From an uncultured Lachnospiraceae bacterium (lineage in GTDB: Bacteria; Bacillota; Clostridia; Lachnospirales; Lachnospiraceae), in NCBI GenBank assembly GCA_902781505.1, contig CACZJL010000007.1, positions 5,869-69,868 of the forward strand: 64,000 nucleotides of DNA. Direction: 5' to 3'. The position numbers and the translations under genes were made by a program. Below are positions 18,426 to 27,732 of the stretch, one piece after another. The notes beneath the pieces are model-generated. The model was not told the DNA's origin and ran no database searches. It was given only the letters and a program-made list of their open reading frames with translations. The number at the start of each line of letters is the position of its first letter. The stretch's first letter is position 1.

Positions 18426-19160
18426 ATGATTATTTACACAAAAACAAAACTCGACGAAAATGAGGCGCTCTGTCTTGCAACCATGCAGAAAGAAGAGCCT
18501 AACTATTCCATATATCCGTTCGATGCCCGGTTTCCGGCATACTTAGCAGTTGATCCAAAAGTCGGTGTGATTGGCATCCTCACCTGGTGTGTTGCGAACC
18601 CTACTGATGCGGAGGCCGAATTTACCGTCCTTGTGGCAAAGGAATTCCGCCGTCAGGGCGTAGCTACTGCGTTAATCGCCCGTGCCAAGTCTGATATCTT
18701 AGCTGACTTTAACGGTTGCAGATTTGTCGCTACCCTTGGAATCCTGTATCGCAGCTCTTCACTAGCAGCACATCCGGCCTATGAAGAATACTTTGAGAAG
18801 CTCACAAGAGAGCGATTTGATGAAATCTACATGAATGCACCGGAAGTTCCATTTGACGCTGAATTTGAGGCCGCTCCGTCCCTCACAGAGAGTCATATCC
18901 TCTATAAGGGTGAGATCATTGCTGAATGCCATATTGATCACCAGAAGAGCTTCAGCAACCTCTATCACGTCGAGGTAGCTCCTGAATACCGAAACAAAGG
19001 AGTTGCAACTGCCATGATATACCGTACGGCAGGAAGCTACTTTAATGTAAAGGAACAGCCATTAATCTTAAATGTACGCTCCACAAACGAAGCAGCTGTA
19101 AACCTGTACCGCACCTGCGGCTTCTCCATCACAAACCGCATTCCGTTCTACTACCTCTGA
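18426..19160 (+). CDS. Tandem GNAT-domain N-acetyltransferase
   Basis: Two acetyl-CoA-binding motifs are present: RRQGVATALI and RNKGVATAMI. The ATG at 18426, after AAAGGGG, is preferred over the ORF-track start at 18360. Confidence 0.75.
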   Translation: MIIYTKTKLDENEALCLATMQKEEPNYSIYPFDARFPAYLAVDPKVGVIGILTWCVANPTDAEAEFTVLVAKEFRRQGVATALIARAKSDILADFNGCRFVATLGILYRSSSLAAHPAYEEYFEKLTRERFDEIYMNAPEVPFDAEFEAAPSLTESHILYKGEIIAECHIDHQKSFSNLYHVEVAPEYRNKGVATAMIYRTAGSYFNVKEQPLILNVRSTNEAAVNLYRTCGFSITNRIPFYYL

Positions 19161-19173
19161 TTCAACATTTTCC

Positions 19174-19220
19174 AAAAAAATGCCCTGACTCAATCTTTGC
19201 GATTGAATCAGGACTTATTT
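19174..19220. terminator. Bidirectional terminator between the GNAT gene and dapB
   Basis: The stem pairs CCTGACTCAATC (19184-19195) with GATTGAATCAGG (19201-19212), with one imperfectly paired position. An A-run precedes it and a T-rich tract follows. Confidence 0.7.
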
Positions 19221-19233
19221 CTTTAAAATAAAT

Positions 19234-19998
19234 TTACGCTCTTGCTGCGATTACGTCCTGCATGTCGTAAAGGCCTGCACCCTTTCCGTTTAAGAAGACT
19301 GCTGCCTCGATTGCCCCCTTGGCAAATACTGCCTTTGAGTATGCTGTATGCTTGAAGGTAATCACCTCATCTTCTCCGCAGAAGAGAATCTCGTGCTCAC
19401 CTACAATTGTACCACCGCGAACTGCTGAGATTCCGATTTCCTTTGGATCTCTCTTTTCACGAATCTGAGATCGATCATAACGATAGAAGGTGTCATCGGA
19501 AAGCTGTTCCTTAATAACATCTGCAAGTGCCAGAGCTGTACCGCTTGGTGCATCCAACTTCTGATTGTGATGCTTTTCTACGATTTCGATATCGTAGCCG
19601 GCCGGCGCGAGAATCTTAGTCGCACTCTCTAAAATCTTGAATAAAGTATTGATTCCAAGAGACATGTTAGCAGACTTTAAAACTGCAACGCTCTTTGAAG
19701 CTTCTCTTACATGATCAAGCTGTTCTGCAGAAAGTCCTGTTGTACATAAAACAAGCGGCACCTTTTTCTCAACACACGCATCAAGAAGCGCATCCGTCCC
19801 CTTTGCCGAGGAGAAATCGATGACTGCATCTGCCTCAACTGTGCATTCTGCGAGGGACTTAAATACAGGATATGCATTGTGACCATCGTCAAATACATCT
19901 ACTCCCGCAACGATTTTTAAGTTTTCGTTATTTTCTGCCAGACCTGTAATGACCTGACCCATGTGACCGTTACAGCCACTCATAATAATTCTAGTCAT
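19234..19998 (-). CDS. dapB: 4-hydroxy-tetrahydrodipicolinate reductase
   Basis: The 254-aa product has a Rossmann N-terminus (MSGCNGHMGQ) and the DapB motif EKHHNQKLDAPSGTA. It lies immediately downstream of dapA. Confidence 0.93.
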   Translation of the reverse strand: MTRIIMSGCNGHMGQVITGLAENNENLKIVAGVDVFDDGHNAYPVFKSLAECTVEADAVIDFSSAKGTDALLDACVEKKVPLVLCTTGLSAEQLDHVREASKSVAVLKSANMSLGINTLFKILESATKILAPAGYDIEIVEKHHNQKLDAPSGTALALADVIKEQLSDDTFYRYDRSQIREKRDPKEIGISAVRGGTIVGEHEILFCGEDEVITFKHTAYSKAVFAKGAIEAAVFLNGKGAGLYDMQDVIAARA

Positions 19999-20013
19999 AT
20001 CTGCTCCTGTTAA

Positions 20014-20901
20014 TTACTTAATTAATCCGTATCCGATCATTGCCTTCTTTAAACGCTCAAGGTTTTCAGGCTCCATTGGAGACATTGGCATTCTTAAAGG
20101 TCCAACCTCGAATCCCATCAGGTTCAGCGCATGCTTAACAGGGATTGGGTTTACTTCGCAGAACAGAGCATCTACAAGTTCAAGAGCTTCCTTCTGAAGT
20201 TCGCAGCTCTTTACGATATCGCCCTTGAAGAAGGTTTCACAGATATCATGTGTCTGCTGTGGAGCAACATTGGAAAGTACGGAGATAACACCCTTGGCAC
20301 CGATGGAAAGGATTGGTGTAATGAGGCCATCTTCGCCGGAGTACATATCAAGCTTGCCATCTGCAAGAGCCATGGTATGAAGCTCCTGGGAAACATTACC
20401 TGTTGCAGCTTTGATTGCGACAATGGTATCGATATCCTTAGCCAGCTTCGCAGCGGTTGCAGGTGCAATGTTACATCCTGTTCTTCCGGGAACGTTATAC
20501 ATGATAATTGGAAGATCCATGGATGAAGCGATTGCCTTATAGTGCGCGTAAAGTCCACTCTGTGTTGCCTTATTATAGTAAGGAGTTACAACAAGACATG
20601 CGTCAGCGCCTGCTGCCTGAGCTGCCTTTGAAAGATAGATTGCTGATTCTGTTGAGTTAGAACCTGTACCTGCAATAACAGGAACACGCTTCTTTGTGTA
20701 CTCTGCTGTAAAGCGAATGCATTCAATATGCTCTTCATTGGAAAGAGTAGATGCTTCACCTGTTGTACCTGTAATTACGATTGCATCTGTAGAATTGTTA
20801 ATCTGATAATCAATCAGCTCTCCAAGCTTATCGTAATTTACTTCTCCGTTTTCTCTCATTGGTGTTACGATTGCAACACCGGCACCTGTAAAGATAGCCA
20901 T
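20014..20901 (-). CDS. dapA: 4-hydroxy-tetrahydrodipicolinate synthase
   Basis: DapA-type motifs GTTGE and YNVPGRTG are present. The ATG at 20901, 6 nt after GGAGGA, is preferred over the ATG at 20913. Confidence 0.93.
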   Translation of the reverse strand: MAIFTGAGVAIVTPMRENGEVNYDKLGELIDYQINNSTDAIVITGTTGEASTLSNEEHIECIRFTAEYTKKRVPVIAGTGSNSTESAIYLSKAAQAAGADACLVVTPYYNKATQSGLYAHYKAIASSMDLPIIMYNVPGRTGCNIAPATAAKLAKDIDTIVAIKAATGNVSQELHTMALADGKLDMYSGEDGLITPILSIGAKGVISVLSNVAPQQTHDICETFFKGDIVKSCELQKEALELVDALFCEVNPIPVKHALNLMGFEVGPLRMPMSPMEPENLERLKKAMIGYGLIK

Positions 20902-21023
20902 TTTGTCCTCCATTCTCCTGCCTTATGCAGTTCTTTTGAATTATTTTATCAGAAGTAGCCAAAAGAACCTAATCATTACTTCAAAAATGCAATCTGACGA
21001 ATTCCCGCAGATGCAAATGAAGT

Positions 21024-21054
21024 AAAAAAAGCCAGTTCCAAAAATGGAACTGGC
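21024..21054 (-). terminator. Terminator of the lysine-riboswitch expression platform
   Basis: A 10-bp stem pairs GCCAGTTCCA (21031-21040) with TGGAACTGGC (21045-21054). Seven T residues follow on the minus strand. Confidence 0.85.
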
Positions 21055-21059
21055 GCTAA

Positions 21060-21248
21060 GAATCAGAATTCTTCAAGTAGCGCCCCACCAGCTTCCTGAT
21101 GACAGTCGTAAACTTCTTCACCTTACGCCCAGCCGGCTGCAGCCCTTAAATCTGCAGGACTTCGGCGTCATTTCCTTTCATCTGACCTCATCTGTCTTAA
21201 GGGACATCCGTCAGATTACTGATAAACAACGCAACCTCTACTTCCAAA
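21060..21248 (-). promoter_or_regulatory. Lysine riboswitch (L-box) aptamer upstream of dapA-dapB
   Basis: The minus strand contains L-box blocks in the same order as the B. subtilis lysC leader: GTAGAGGTTGCG, GATGAAAGGAAATGACGCCGAAG, GGCTGGGCG and CGACTGTCA. The closing segment GGGGCGCTACTT is complementary to the 5' AAGTAG. Confidence 0.85.
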
Positions 21249-21251
21249 TTT

Positions 21252-21279
21252 ATTATACTGTACTACTCTAAAGTGTGAA
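21252..21279 (-). promoter_or_regulatory. Candidate promoter driving the L-box leader
   Basis: On the minus strand I read TTCACA (21274-21279), a 16-nt spacer, and TATAAT (21252-21257). The -35 element lies inside the last codons of the upstream SSB-like gene. Confidence 0.5.
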
Positions 21280-21895
21280 TGTCAACAGAAGTTACAGAGA
21301 CTTCATAAGCAACTCTGTCTTCTTTTGTTCCATCCTCAAGTTTTTTTGCATAATGTCTGCTCTGCATACGGTCTGTAATGTCAAGAGCCGTGCCAACTGC
21401 CATGTCTGCAACAGTCTTGGCATTTCTTCCCCAGACAATGCATGGAATATAATCAGACTTGCCGAACGGGCGATTCACCGCAATCAGCAGATCACTTACT
21501 TCTCTTCCTAATGGAGTCATTCTGTAAACAGGCTTTCTGCAGATGTGGCCAAGCAGGTGGACCTGATTGACACATTCTCCTGTAATTTTCTCTGTCTTCT
21601 CAACTTCCTGGACGAACGCAAAAAGCTTTAAGTGGCTTCTTCCATCTTCCTTATGAATATTAACAGAACGCAACTGTCCCTTTAGCAAAACATTTCCTTC
21701 TAATTCAGAAGGATTGATTACTCTCTCGGAAAATATCAACGGCAGTTCATCCTGTGTCCCACTCAGACGGTTTACCGCAATCCTCGTACGGTAGAACTTC
21801 TCAGCGTGCACCTCGTGATTAAACTCCGGAGTATCCATAATGTGTCCTGCGAAACTTATATAATCATTCCTCGAAATTCGCTCTTCATTTGCCAT
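21263..21895 (-). CDS. SSB-like protein with two tandem OB-fold halves and no acidic C-terminal tip
   Basis: The protein contains an internal duplication: IAVNRLSGTQDELPLIFSER versus IAVNRPFGKSDYIPCIVWGR. The second half follows the SSB pattern (N-x-V-x-L-x-G, then IAVNR, WGR and QSR). The protein ends at SVDIHTLE. Confidence 0.55.
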   Translation of the reverse strand: MANEERISRNDYISFAGHIMDTPEFNHEVHAEKFYRTRIAVNRLSGTQDELPLIFSERVINPSELEGNVLLKGQLRSVNIHKEDGRSHLKLFAFVQEVEKTEKITGECVNQVHLLGHICRKPVYRMTPLGREVSDLLIAVNRPFGKSDYIPCIVWGRNAKTVADMAVGTALDITDRMQSRHYAKKLEDGTKEDRVAYEVSVTSVDIHTLE

Positions 21896-22081
21896 ATTTT
21901 AATGTCTCCCACGAATTTAAATCCTTTTTCAACATATTTATAATATATAAGACTCATGGCGAAATTATGTACAAACCAAAAATTATGAATTTACGGTTGA
22001 TTTTTAGATTTCTTGTGATAGAATATAAAAGTTGCTAATAGCATGAAGTAAAAAATATTTATTATAAGAAAGGACAAATCA

Positions 22082-23911
22082 ATGAGGATTAAACGAGAAG
22101 ATATCCGTAATATCGCTATCATTGCCCACGTTGACCACGGCAAAACAACTCTTGTTGACCAGCTGCTTCGTCAGAGTGGTACATTCCGTGCCAACCAGGA
22201 AGTAGAGGATCGTGTCATGGACTCTAACGATATCGAGCGTGAAAGAGGTATTACAATCCTTTCAAAGAATACCGCAATTCAGTACGGCGATACAAAGATT
22301 AATATTATCGATACCCCTGGACATGCCGATTTCGGTGGTGAGGTCGAACGAGTATTAAAGATGGTAGACGGCGTTATCCTGGTAGTGGACGCTTACGAAG
22401 GCGTTATGCCACAGACAAAGTTCGTATTAGAGAAGGCTCTTTCCTTAAATCTGGCTGTTGTAGTCTGCATCAACAAGATTGACCGTCCAGACGGAAGACC
22501 TAACGAAGTTATTGATGAAGTATTAGAGCTTATGATGGACCTTGGTGCAAGCGATGAACAGCTTGACTGCCCATTCGTCTTCGCTTCTGCAAGAAATGGC
22601 TATGCAGTGACAGATCTTGATGATGAGCGCGTTGACATGAAGCCACTCTTTGAAACAATTTTAAGTAGCATTCCTGCTCCAGAAGGTGATCCTGATGAAA
22701 GCACTCAGATGCTGATTTCTACAATTGATTACAACGAGTTCACCGGCCGTGTCGGTATTGGTCGTATCACAAACGGTACAATCAAGGTAAATGGCGAGGT
22801 TATGATTGTAAACCATCATGATCCATCCGTTCACAAGAAGGTTCGTATTACAAAGCTTTACACATTCAACGGATTAGACAAGATTGATACAGATACTGCT
22901 ACTGTTGGTGAAATCGTAGCTGTTTCCGGTATTGCAGATCTTCATATCGGTGATACACTCTGCGACATCGAAAACCCTGTTGCTATCCCATTCCAGAAGA
23001 TTTCTGAACCTACACTTTCCATGAATTTCATGGTTAATGACTCTCCTCTTGCCGGTCGTGAGGGTAAGTTCGTAACTTCCCGTCATATCCGTGACAGACT
23101 GATGAGAGAACTGAACACCGACGTTTCTCTTCGTGTAGAAGAAACTCCAAACTCCGAGAACTCTTATAAGGTTTCCGGACGTGGTGAGCTTCATCTCTCC
23201 GTTCTGATTGAGAACATGCGTCGTGAAGGCTATGAATTCGCTGTATCAAAGGCAGAAGTTATCTATGAAACAGATGAGCGCGGACGTAAGTTAGAGCCAA
23301 TGGAATTAGCTTACATCGACGTTCCTGATGAATTCTCCGGAAGCGTTATTCAGAAACTTTCCCAGAGAAAGGGTGAATTACTTGGTATGACACCTATTAA
23401 CCCCGGTTACACAAGACTTCAGTTCAGCATTCCATCCCGTGGTCTGATTGGCTACCGTGGTGAGTTCTTAACTGACACAAAGGGTAACGGTGTAATCAAC
23501 ACTTCCTTTGAAGGTTATGAAGAATATAAGGGGGATATCTCCTATCGTAAGACAGGTTCCCTGATTGCATTTGAAAGCGGTACTTCCGTAACATACGGTC
23601 TCTTCAATGCACAGGACCGTGGTACTCTCTTTATCGGTCCCGGTGAAGAAGTTTACGCAGGAATGATTGTAGGTGAAAACCCACGTACTGAAGATATCGA
23701 GGTTAATGTCTGCAAGACTAAGCACCTCACAAACACTCGTACAAGCAGCTCTGATGAAGCGCTCCGCCTCGTACCACCTAAAATCTTAAGCCTTGAGCAG
23801 GCTCTTGATTACATTGACACAGACGAGCTCGTTGAGATTACACCTAAGCATCTTCGTATCAGAAAGAAGATTCTCGATTCCAGAGCAAGATACAGAGCTA
23901 ACAAAAAGTAA
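22082..23911 (+). CDS. typA: Translational GTPase TypA/BipA
   Basis: The N-terminus [19 protein letters not shown] is followed by [14 protein letters not shown] and NKID. The product is 609 aa. Confidence 0.96.
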   Translation: MRIKREDIRNIAIIAHVDHGKTTLVDQLLRQSGTFRANQEVEDRVMDSNDIERERGITILSKNTAIQYGDTKINIIDTPGHADFGGEVERVLKMVDGVILVVDAYEGVMPQTKFVLEKALSLNLAVVVCINKIDRPDGRPNEVIDEVLELMMDLGASDEQLDCPFVFASARNGYAVTDLDDERVDMKPLFETILSSIPAPEGDPDESTQMLISTIDYNEFTGRVGIGRITNGTIKVNGEVMIVNHHDPSVHKKVRITKLYTFNGLDKIDTDTATVGEIVAVSGIADLHIGDTLCDIENPVAIPFQKISEPTLSMNFMVNDSPLAGREGKFVTSRHIRDRLMRELNTDVSLRVEETPNSENSYKVSGRGELHLSVLIENMRREGYEFAVSKAEVIYETDERGRKLEPMELAYIDVPDEFSGSVIQKLSQRKGELLGMTPINPGYTRLQFSIPSRGLIGYRGEFLTDTKGNGVINTSFEGYEEYKGDISYRKTGSLIAFESGTSVTYGLFNAQDRGTLFIGPGEEVYAGMIVGENPRTEDIEVNVCKTKHLTNTRTSSSDEALRLVPPKILSLEQALDYIDTDELVEITPKHLRIRKKILDSRARYRANKK

Positions 23912-23945
23912 TATAATATATATAGATTCCATAAGGAGGACAAAT

Positions 23946-24278
23946 ATGGATAGCGATTTAGGCGCAAAAGTAAAGAAACTCAGAATTTCCCACGGATTAA
24001 CTCAGGAGGATGTTGCAAAGGCATTAGATGTGACACCAGGTTATATCAGTAACGTTGAGAATGGAAGAAACTTAATGACCTTAAGAATGCTCTCCTACTA
24101 TGCTGATCTTACAGGTGTATCCCTCGATTATCTCGCAGGCAGCGTAGACAAGAGCTACCAGAAAACAGCTCTTGATAATGAAATCTTACAGTTAGTTTCA
24201 AAGATGAAGGATGAAGACAAGGAGAAGTTAATCTCTACTCTCCGCATCTGGTTAAACGTAGATAAGAAGAGTAAATAA
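23946..24278 (+). CDS. XRE-family helix-turn-helix transcriptional regulator
   Basis: The HTH segment is LRISHGLTQEDVAKALDVTPGYISNVENG. The ATG at 23946 follows AAGGAGGA. The product is 110 aa. Confidence 0.8.
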   Translation: MDSDLGAKVKKLRISHGLTQEDVAKALDVTPGYISNVENGRNLMTLRMLSYYADLTGVSLDYLAGSVDKSYQKTALDNEILQLVSKMKDEDKEKLISTLRIWLNVDKKSK

Positions 24279-24305
24279 TTCTTTTCAGAATTCAAAAACA
24301 CATAT

Positions 24306-24344
24306 AAAAAGCGGATTGCCCGACCAAGGTAATCCGCTTTTTTT
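24306..24344. terminator. Bidirectional terminator
   Basis: The stem pairs GCGGATT (24311-24317) with AATCCGC (24331-24337). An A-run precedes it and a T-run (24338-24344) follows, and it sits between convergent genes. Confidence 0.75.
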
Positions 24345-24361
24345 AATGTATTTACCGTTGA

Positions 24362-26155
24362 TTAGCTTTGAATCTGCTTCATCTGATAGAACTCTCCCTT
24401 AAGTGCCATCAGCTCATCAAACGTGCCATATTCCATGCAGCCGCCATTGCCGATGACTGCAATTTTATCAGCATTTTGAATCGTACTTAACCGATGCGCA
24501 ACGATGAAGGTCGTTCTACCTGCTGTCAGGCGGTCAAGTGCCTCCTGAATCAGTCTCTCAGAGATACTGTCAAGAGCAGATGTCGCCTCATCTAAAATAA
24601 TAACCTCAGGATTTCGCATCAGTGCACGTGCGATTGATACACGCTGTCTCTGACCGCCGGATAATTTGCCACCGTGCTCTCCAACCTGCGTATCTAAGCC
24701 GTCTGGCATAGATGCGATTAAGTCTTTGAGATTCGCTGCTTCTATAACGCGATCAAGATCTTCTTCTGTGTACTCTTCCACTCCATATGTGATATTTTCT
24801 TTAATCGAACCGGAGAACAGAATGGAGGACTGCGGAACGACGGCAATGTGCTTTCTGTATGAACGTAAATCGATATTATTCAGATTATGTCCGTCTAATA
24901 GTACCTCGCCACCTGTTGCCTGATAGAATCCAATGACAAGGCTTAAGATAGTGGATTTGCCGGCACCGGATTCACCGACCAGCGCAATTGTCTCACCCTT
25001 TTTCACCGTCAGATTCAGATCACTTAATACTTCTTTCTCCTCATCTCCGTAATGGAATGCAACATGCTTAAATTCAAACTCACCCTGCACATCCGTAATT
25101 TCCGGTTTATTGCTGTTCTCTTCAATATCTTCACTTAAGAGAACTTCACCGATGGAATTCACAGATTCCACGCCCTTAGCAATTACCGGCACCAGTGTCA
25201 TAAGAGACGATACCTGATTGACAATGGTTGTGAAATAGCTCTGATAAAGTGTAATATCACCCGGAAGAATTCTTCCTCTGATTGCAAGGTAGCCTGTGAA
25301 AATCAGACATACAATCTGGAAGACCTGGAACACAGCCCAGCCTACAGAACCAAAGACCGACTGAATAATATCAAGCCGATAGCCTTTTTCTGCGACTTCA
25401 AGAAGCTGAGCAGACATCTTCTCTGTCTCCTCTTCCTCTAAGGCATGCGCTCTTGTAACCGGAATCAGTTCTACCATTTCCATGACACGGGCTGAGGTTT
25501 CTTCCATTTCTTTTCTGAACTCTCTGTTGCGTCTTCTCATGATGTTTCTGAAGGAAACCATCGTGAGCGCGGCAATCGGCGCAGAAAGAATGAAGAACAG
25601 GAATACAACCTTACTTTTATGAACCGTGACAGCAAGTGCCACACCGATGTTTAAGGCGATATTTAAAATTCCCAGTAACATCTGTGTCGACAGGGTTTCA
25701 ACCTGCTCTACGTCACGTATAATCTTACTCTGCAGTCTGCCGGACTGTGTATTCTTGTGATACTGAATCGACAGCAGCTGAAGCTTGGCAATCAAAGCCT
25801 TTCTGAGTCCTGTCTCAACATATCTTGTCGCCAGGGACTTGTATCGGGTGTACATGTAATTCGTTGGGATATTTAAAAGAATCAGAGCCACCATAACGGC
25901 GCCCTGTATCATCATTCTCTGCACCGTCTCCGGAGAGCCGGCTGCGACGTCATTGATGATATTTGCCGTAATAATCGGCAGAACCCACACAGGGCTGTGC
26001 TTGATAAAGAAAAAGATCACAGCCAGTGCGAATTTATGATAATTTCCCTTGTATAATCCCAGCAAAGTGCTGATTGGATGGCCTTCATGACGCTTATAGC
26101 AGGTCACAAACCATTCTTCCGGATCAATACCCTTTGGTGATTTCAGATTCATCAT
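24362..26155 (-). CDS. ABC exporter, fused permease/ATPase half-transporter (MsbA/type I exporter-like)
   Basis: An N-terminal 6-TM domain precedes a nucleotide-binding domain with Walker A GESGAGKST, the signature LSGGQRQRVSIARAL and Walker B IILDEATSALD. The start ATG overlaps the GH28 stop codon (ATGA). Confidence 0.9.
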   Translation of the reverse strand: MMNLKSPKGIDPEEWFVTCYKRHEGHPISTLLGLYKGNYHKFALAVIFFFIKHSPVWVLPIITANIINDVAAGSPETVQRMMIQGAVMVALILLNIPTNYMYTRYKSLATRYVETGLRKALIAKLQLLSIQYHKNTQSGRLQSKIIRDVEQVETLSTQMLLGILNIALNIGVALAVTVHKSKVVFLFFILSAPIAALTMVSFRNIMRRRNREFRKEMEETSARVMEMVELIPVTRAHALEEEETEKMSAQLLEVAEKGYRLDIIQSVFGSVGWAVFQVFQIVCLIFTGYLAIRGRILPGDITLYQSYFTTIVNQVSSLMTLVPVIAKGVESVNSIGEVLLSEDIEENSNKPEITDVQGEFEFKHVAFHYGDEEKEVLSDLNLTVKKGETIALVGESGAGKSTILSLVIGFYQATGGEVLLDGHNLNNIDLRSYRKHIAVVPQSSILFSGSIKENITYGVEEYTEEDLDRVIEAANLKDLIASMPDGLDTQVGEHGGKLSGGQRQRVSIARALMRNPEVIILDEATSALDSISERLIQEALDRLTAGRTTFIVAHRLSTIQNADKIAVIGNGGCMEYGTFDELMALKGEFYQMKQIQS

Positions 26156-27732
26156 GCTTCAAGTAGTCCCTTATCATCGGTTTCTAAATCGTCAACATCC
26201 TCTGCAATTACTGCAGGTCCAACCATGCCTTCTACCTTGACATTCTTTAAAATCAGCTTCTTAATTCCTGCAACATACATACCCTGACGACTGCCTTCCT
26301 TACAGGAAGTCATCATTGCTGCAACGCCGCTTTTTGCGTCTTCGGCAAAGCAAATGGAAACATTTTCAAATGTGAGGCATTCAATCTTCTTCTCAGGAAG
26401 TCCTGTGATATAGGTTCCTGCAACATGACAATTTGTCGCATTGATATTCTTAAAGGTCAGTCTTCCGATTTCCGGAGTTCTCTCATCGACTGGAAGTGGC
26501 TTTCTGCTTCCGACATAATCCGTTCTTCCATCCGGATCACAGAAGTAAAAGCTGTTAACAACGAATGGTGTCATAACGCCGTCCATATCGATATTCTCGA
26601 AGGAAATATCATCAAGAACAGAGAGTTCGCCTCTTCCTCTTCTTGTCTTAACACGAAGACCTCTGTCCGTGTTGAGAAAAAGGCAGTCTGTGATGTGAAC
26701 ATTCTTAACACCACCTGCAATCTCAGAACCGATGGTTACTGAACCATGTCCGTCTCTCATGCAGCACTGACGCACGATCATGTTGCTCGTTGGTGTCTTG
26801 TACTTTCTTGCCTGATAGATCTTACCGGACTTCACGGCGATACAGTCATCACCTACCGAAATCAGAGCACCAAGAACTAACACATCTGTACAGGATTCAG
26901 GATCTAAGCCATCTGTGTTGTGGGAATCCCATGGATTCTTAATCTTGATATCGATAAACTTCAGATGATCAGAGAAGTATGGATGAATTGTCCAGGATGG
27001 AGAATTCTGAACCGTAATACCTTGAAGTGTGATGTTTTCACAATGATTGATGAAGAACAGTCGTGGTCTCCATGCGATTGTACGGTTCTTAACGTCCGGT
27101 CCCCACCAGTTCTTAAAGGAACCATTACCGTCAATTACGCCTTCACCTGAAATCACAACGTTCTTAACATTCAGACCACATACAATGGCAGAGAAGCAAT
27201 CCACCGGATTACCTTCCCAGCTTCCTAAGTTGTACTCGTCCTTCTCGTCATATGTCGGAATGACACCTGGAAGAATCGGGAACTTTTCTCTTTCGGTAAA
27301 TGCTAAGAGTACTGCTCCTTTTGCGAGTTCCAGATGTAAGTCATCCTTTAAATAGATGGAGCTGACGCGATACGTGCCGGTTGGAACCAGAACTCTCATG
27401 CCCTTTTTGCATGCCATGATGGCACACTGAATAGCATTGGTATCATCGTGTTCTCCATCACCGTAAGCCCCAAAATCACGTACATTTAATGTACAGATTT
27501 CTGCCTCTGTATGAAGGTTCACGGCAAATGTCTCTGTATCAGACCACACAGCTTCCACCTTGTAATCCGTATCCGGCTTTAAGTCGAAGATGGATACAAC
27601 CGTGCGATCTGTTGTAAAGGACTTCTTGCCATTAATTACAATATCGTATTCCTTTGTGGAATGGAAACGGCCGGAATCGGTCAGTTCAACAACTGCTGAC
27701 CTTTCTGTTGTCATGACAAGCTTTAACTCCAT
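26152..27732 (-). CDS. Glycoside hydrolase family 28 (exo-polygalacturonase-like), cytoplasmic
   Basis: GH28/pectate-lyase-fold motifs are present: FGAYGDGEHDDTNAIQ, NTDGLDPESC, GDDCIAVKSG and RDGHGSVTIGSE. There is an N-terminal Ig/FN3-like domain and no signal peptide. Confidence 0.85.
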   Translation of the reverse strand: MELKLVMTTERSAVVELTDSGRFHSTKEYDIVINGKKSFTTDRTVVSIFDLKPDTDYKVEAVWSDTETFAVNLHTEAEICTLNVRDFGAYGDGEHDDTNAIQCAIMACKKGMRVLVPTGTYRVSSIYLKDDLHLELAKGAVLLAFTEREKFPILPGVIPTYDEKDEYNLGSWEGNPVDCFSAIVCGLNVKNVVISGEGVIDGNGSFKNWWGPDVKNRTIAWRPRLFFINHCENITLQGITVQNSPSWTIHPYFSDHLKFIDIKIKNPWDSHNTDGLDPESCTDVLVLGALISVGDDCIAVKSGKIYQARKYKTPTSNMIVRQCCMRDGHGSVTIGSEIAGGVKNVHITDCLFLNTDRGLRVKTRRGRGELSVLDDISFENIDMDGVMTPFVVNSFYFCDPDGRTDYVGSRKPLPVDERTPEIGRLTFKNINATNCHVAGTYITGLPEKKIECLTFENVSICFAEDAKSGVAAMMTSCKEGSRQGMYVAGIKKLILKNVKVEGMVGPAVIAEDVDDLETDDKGLLEA

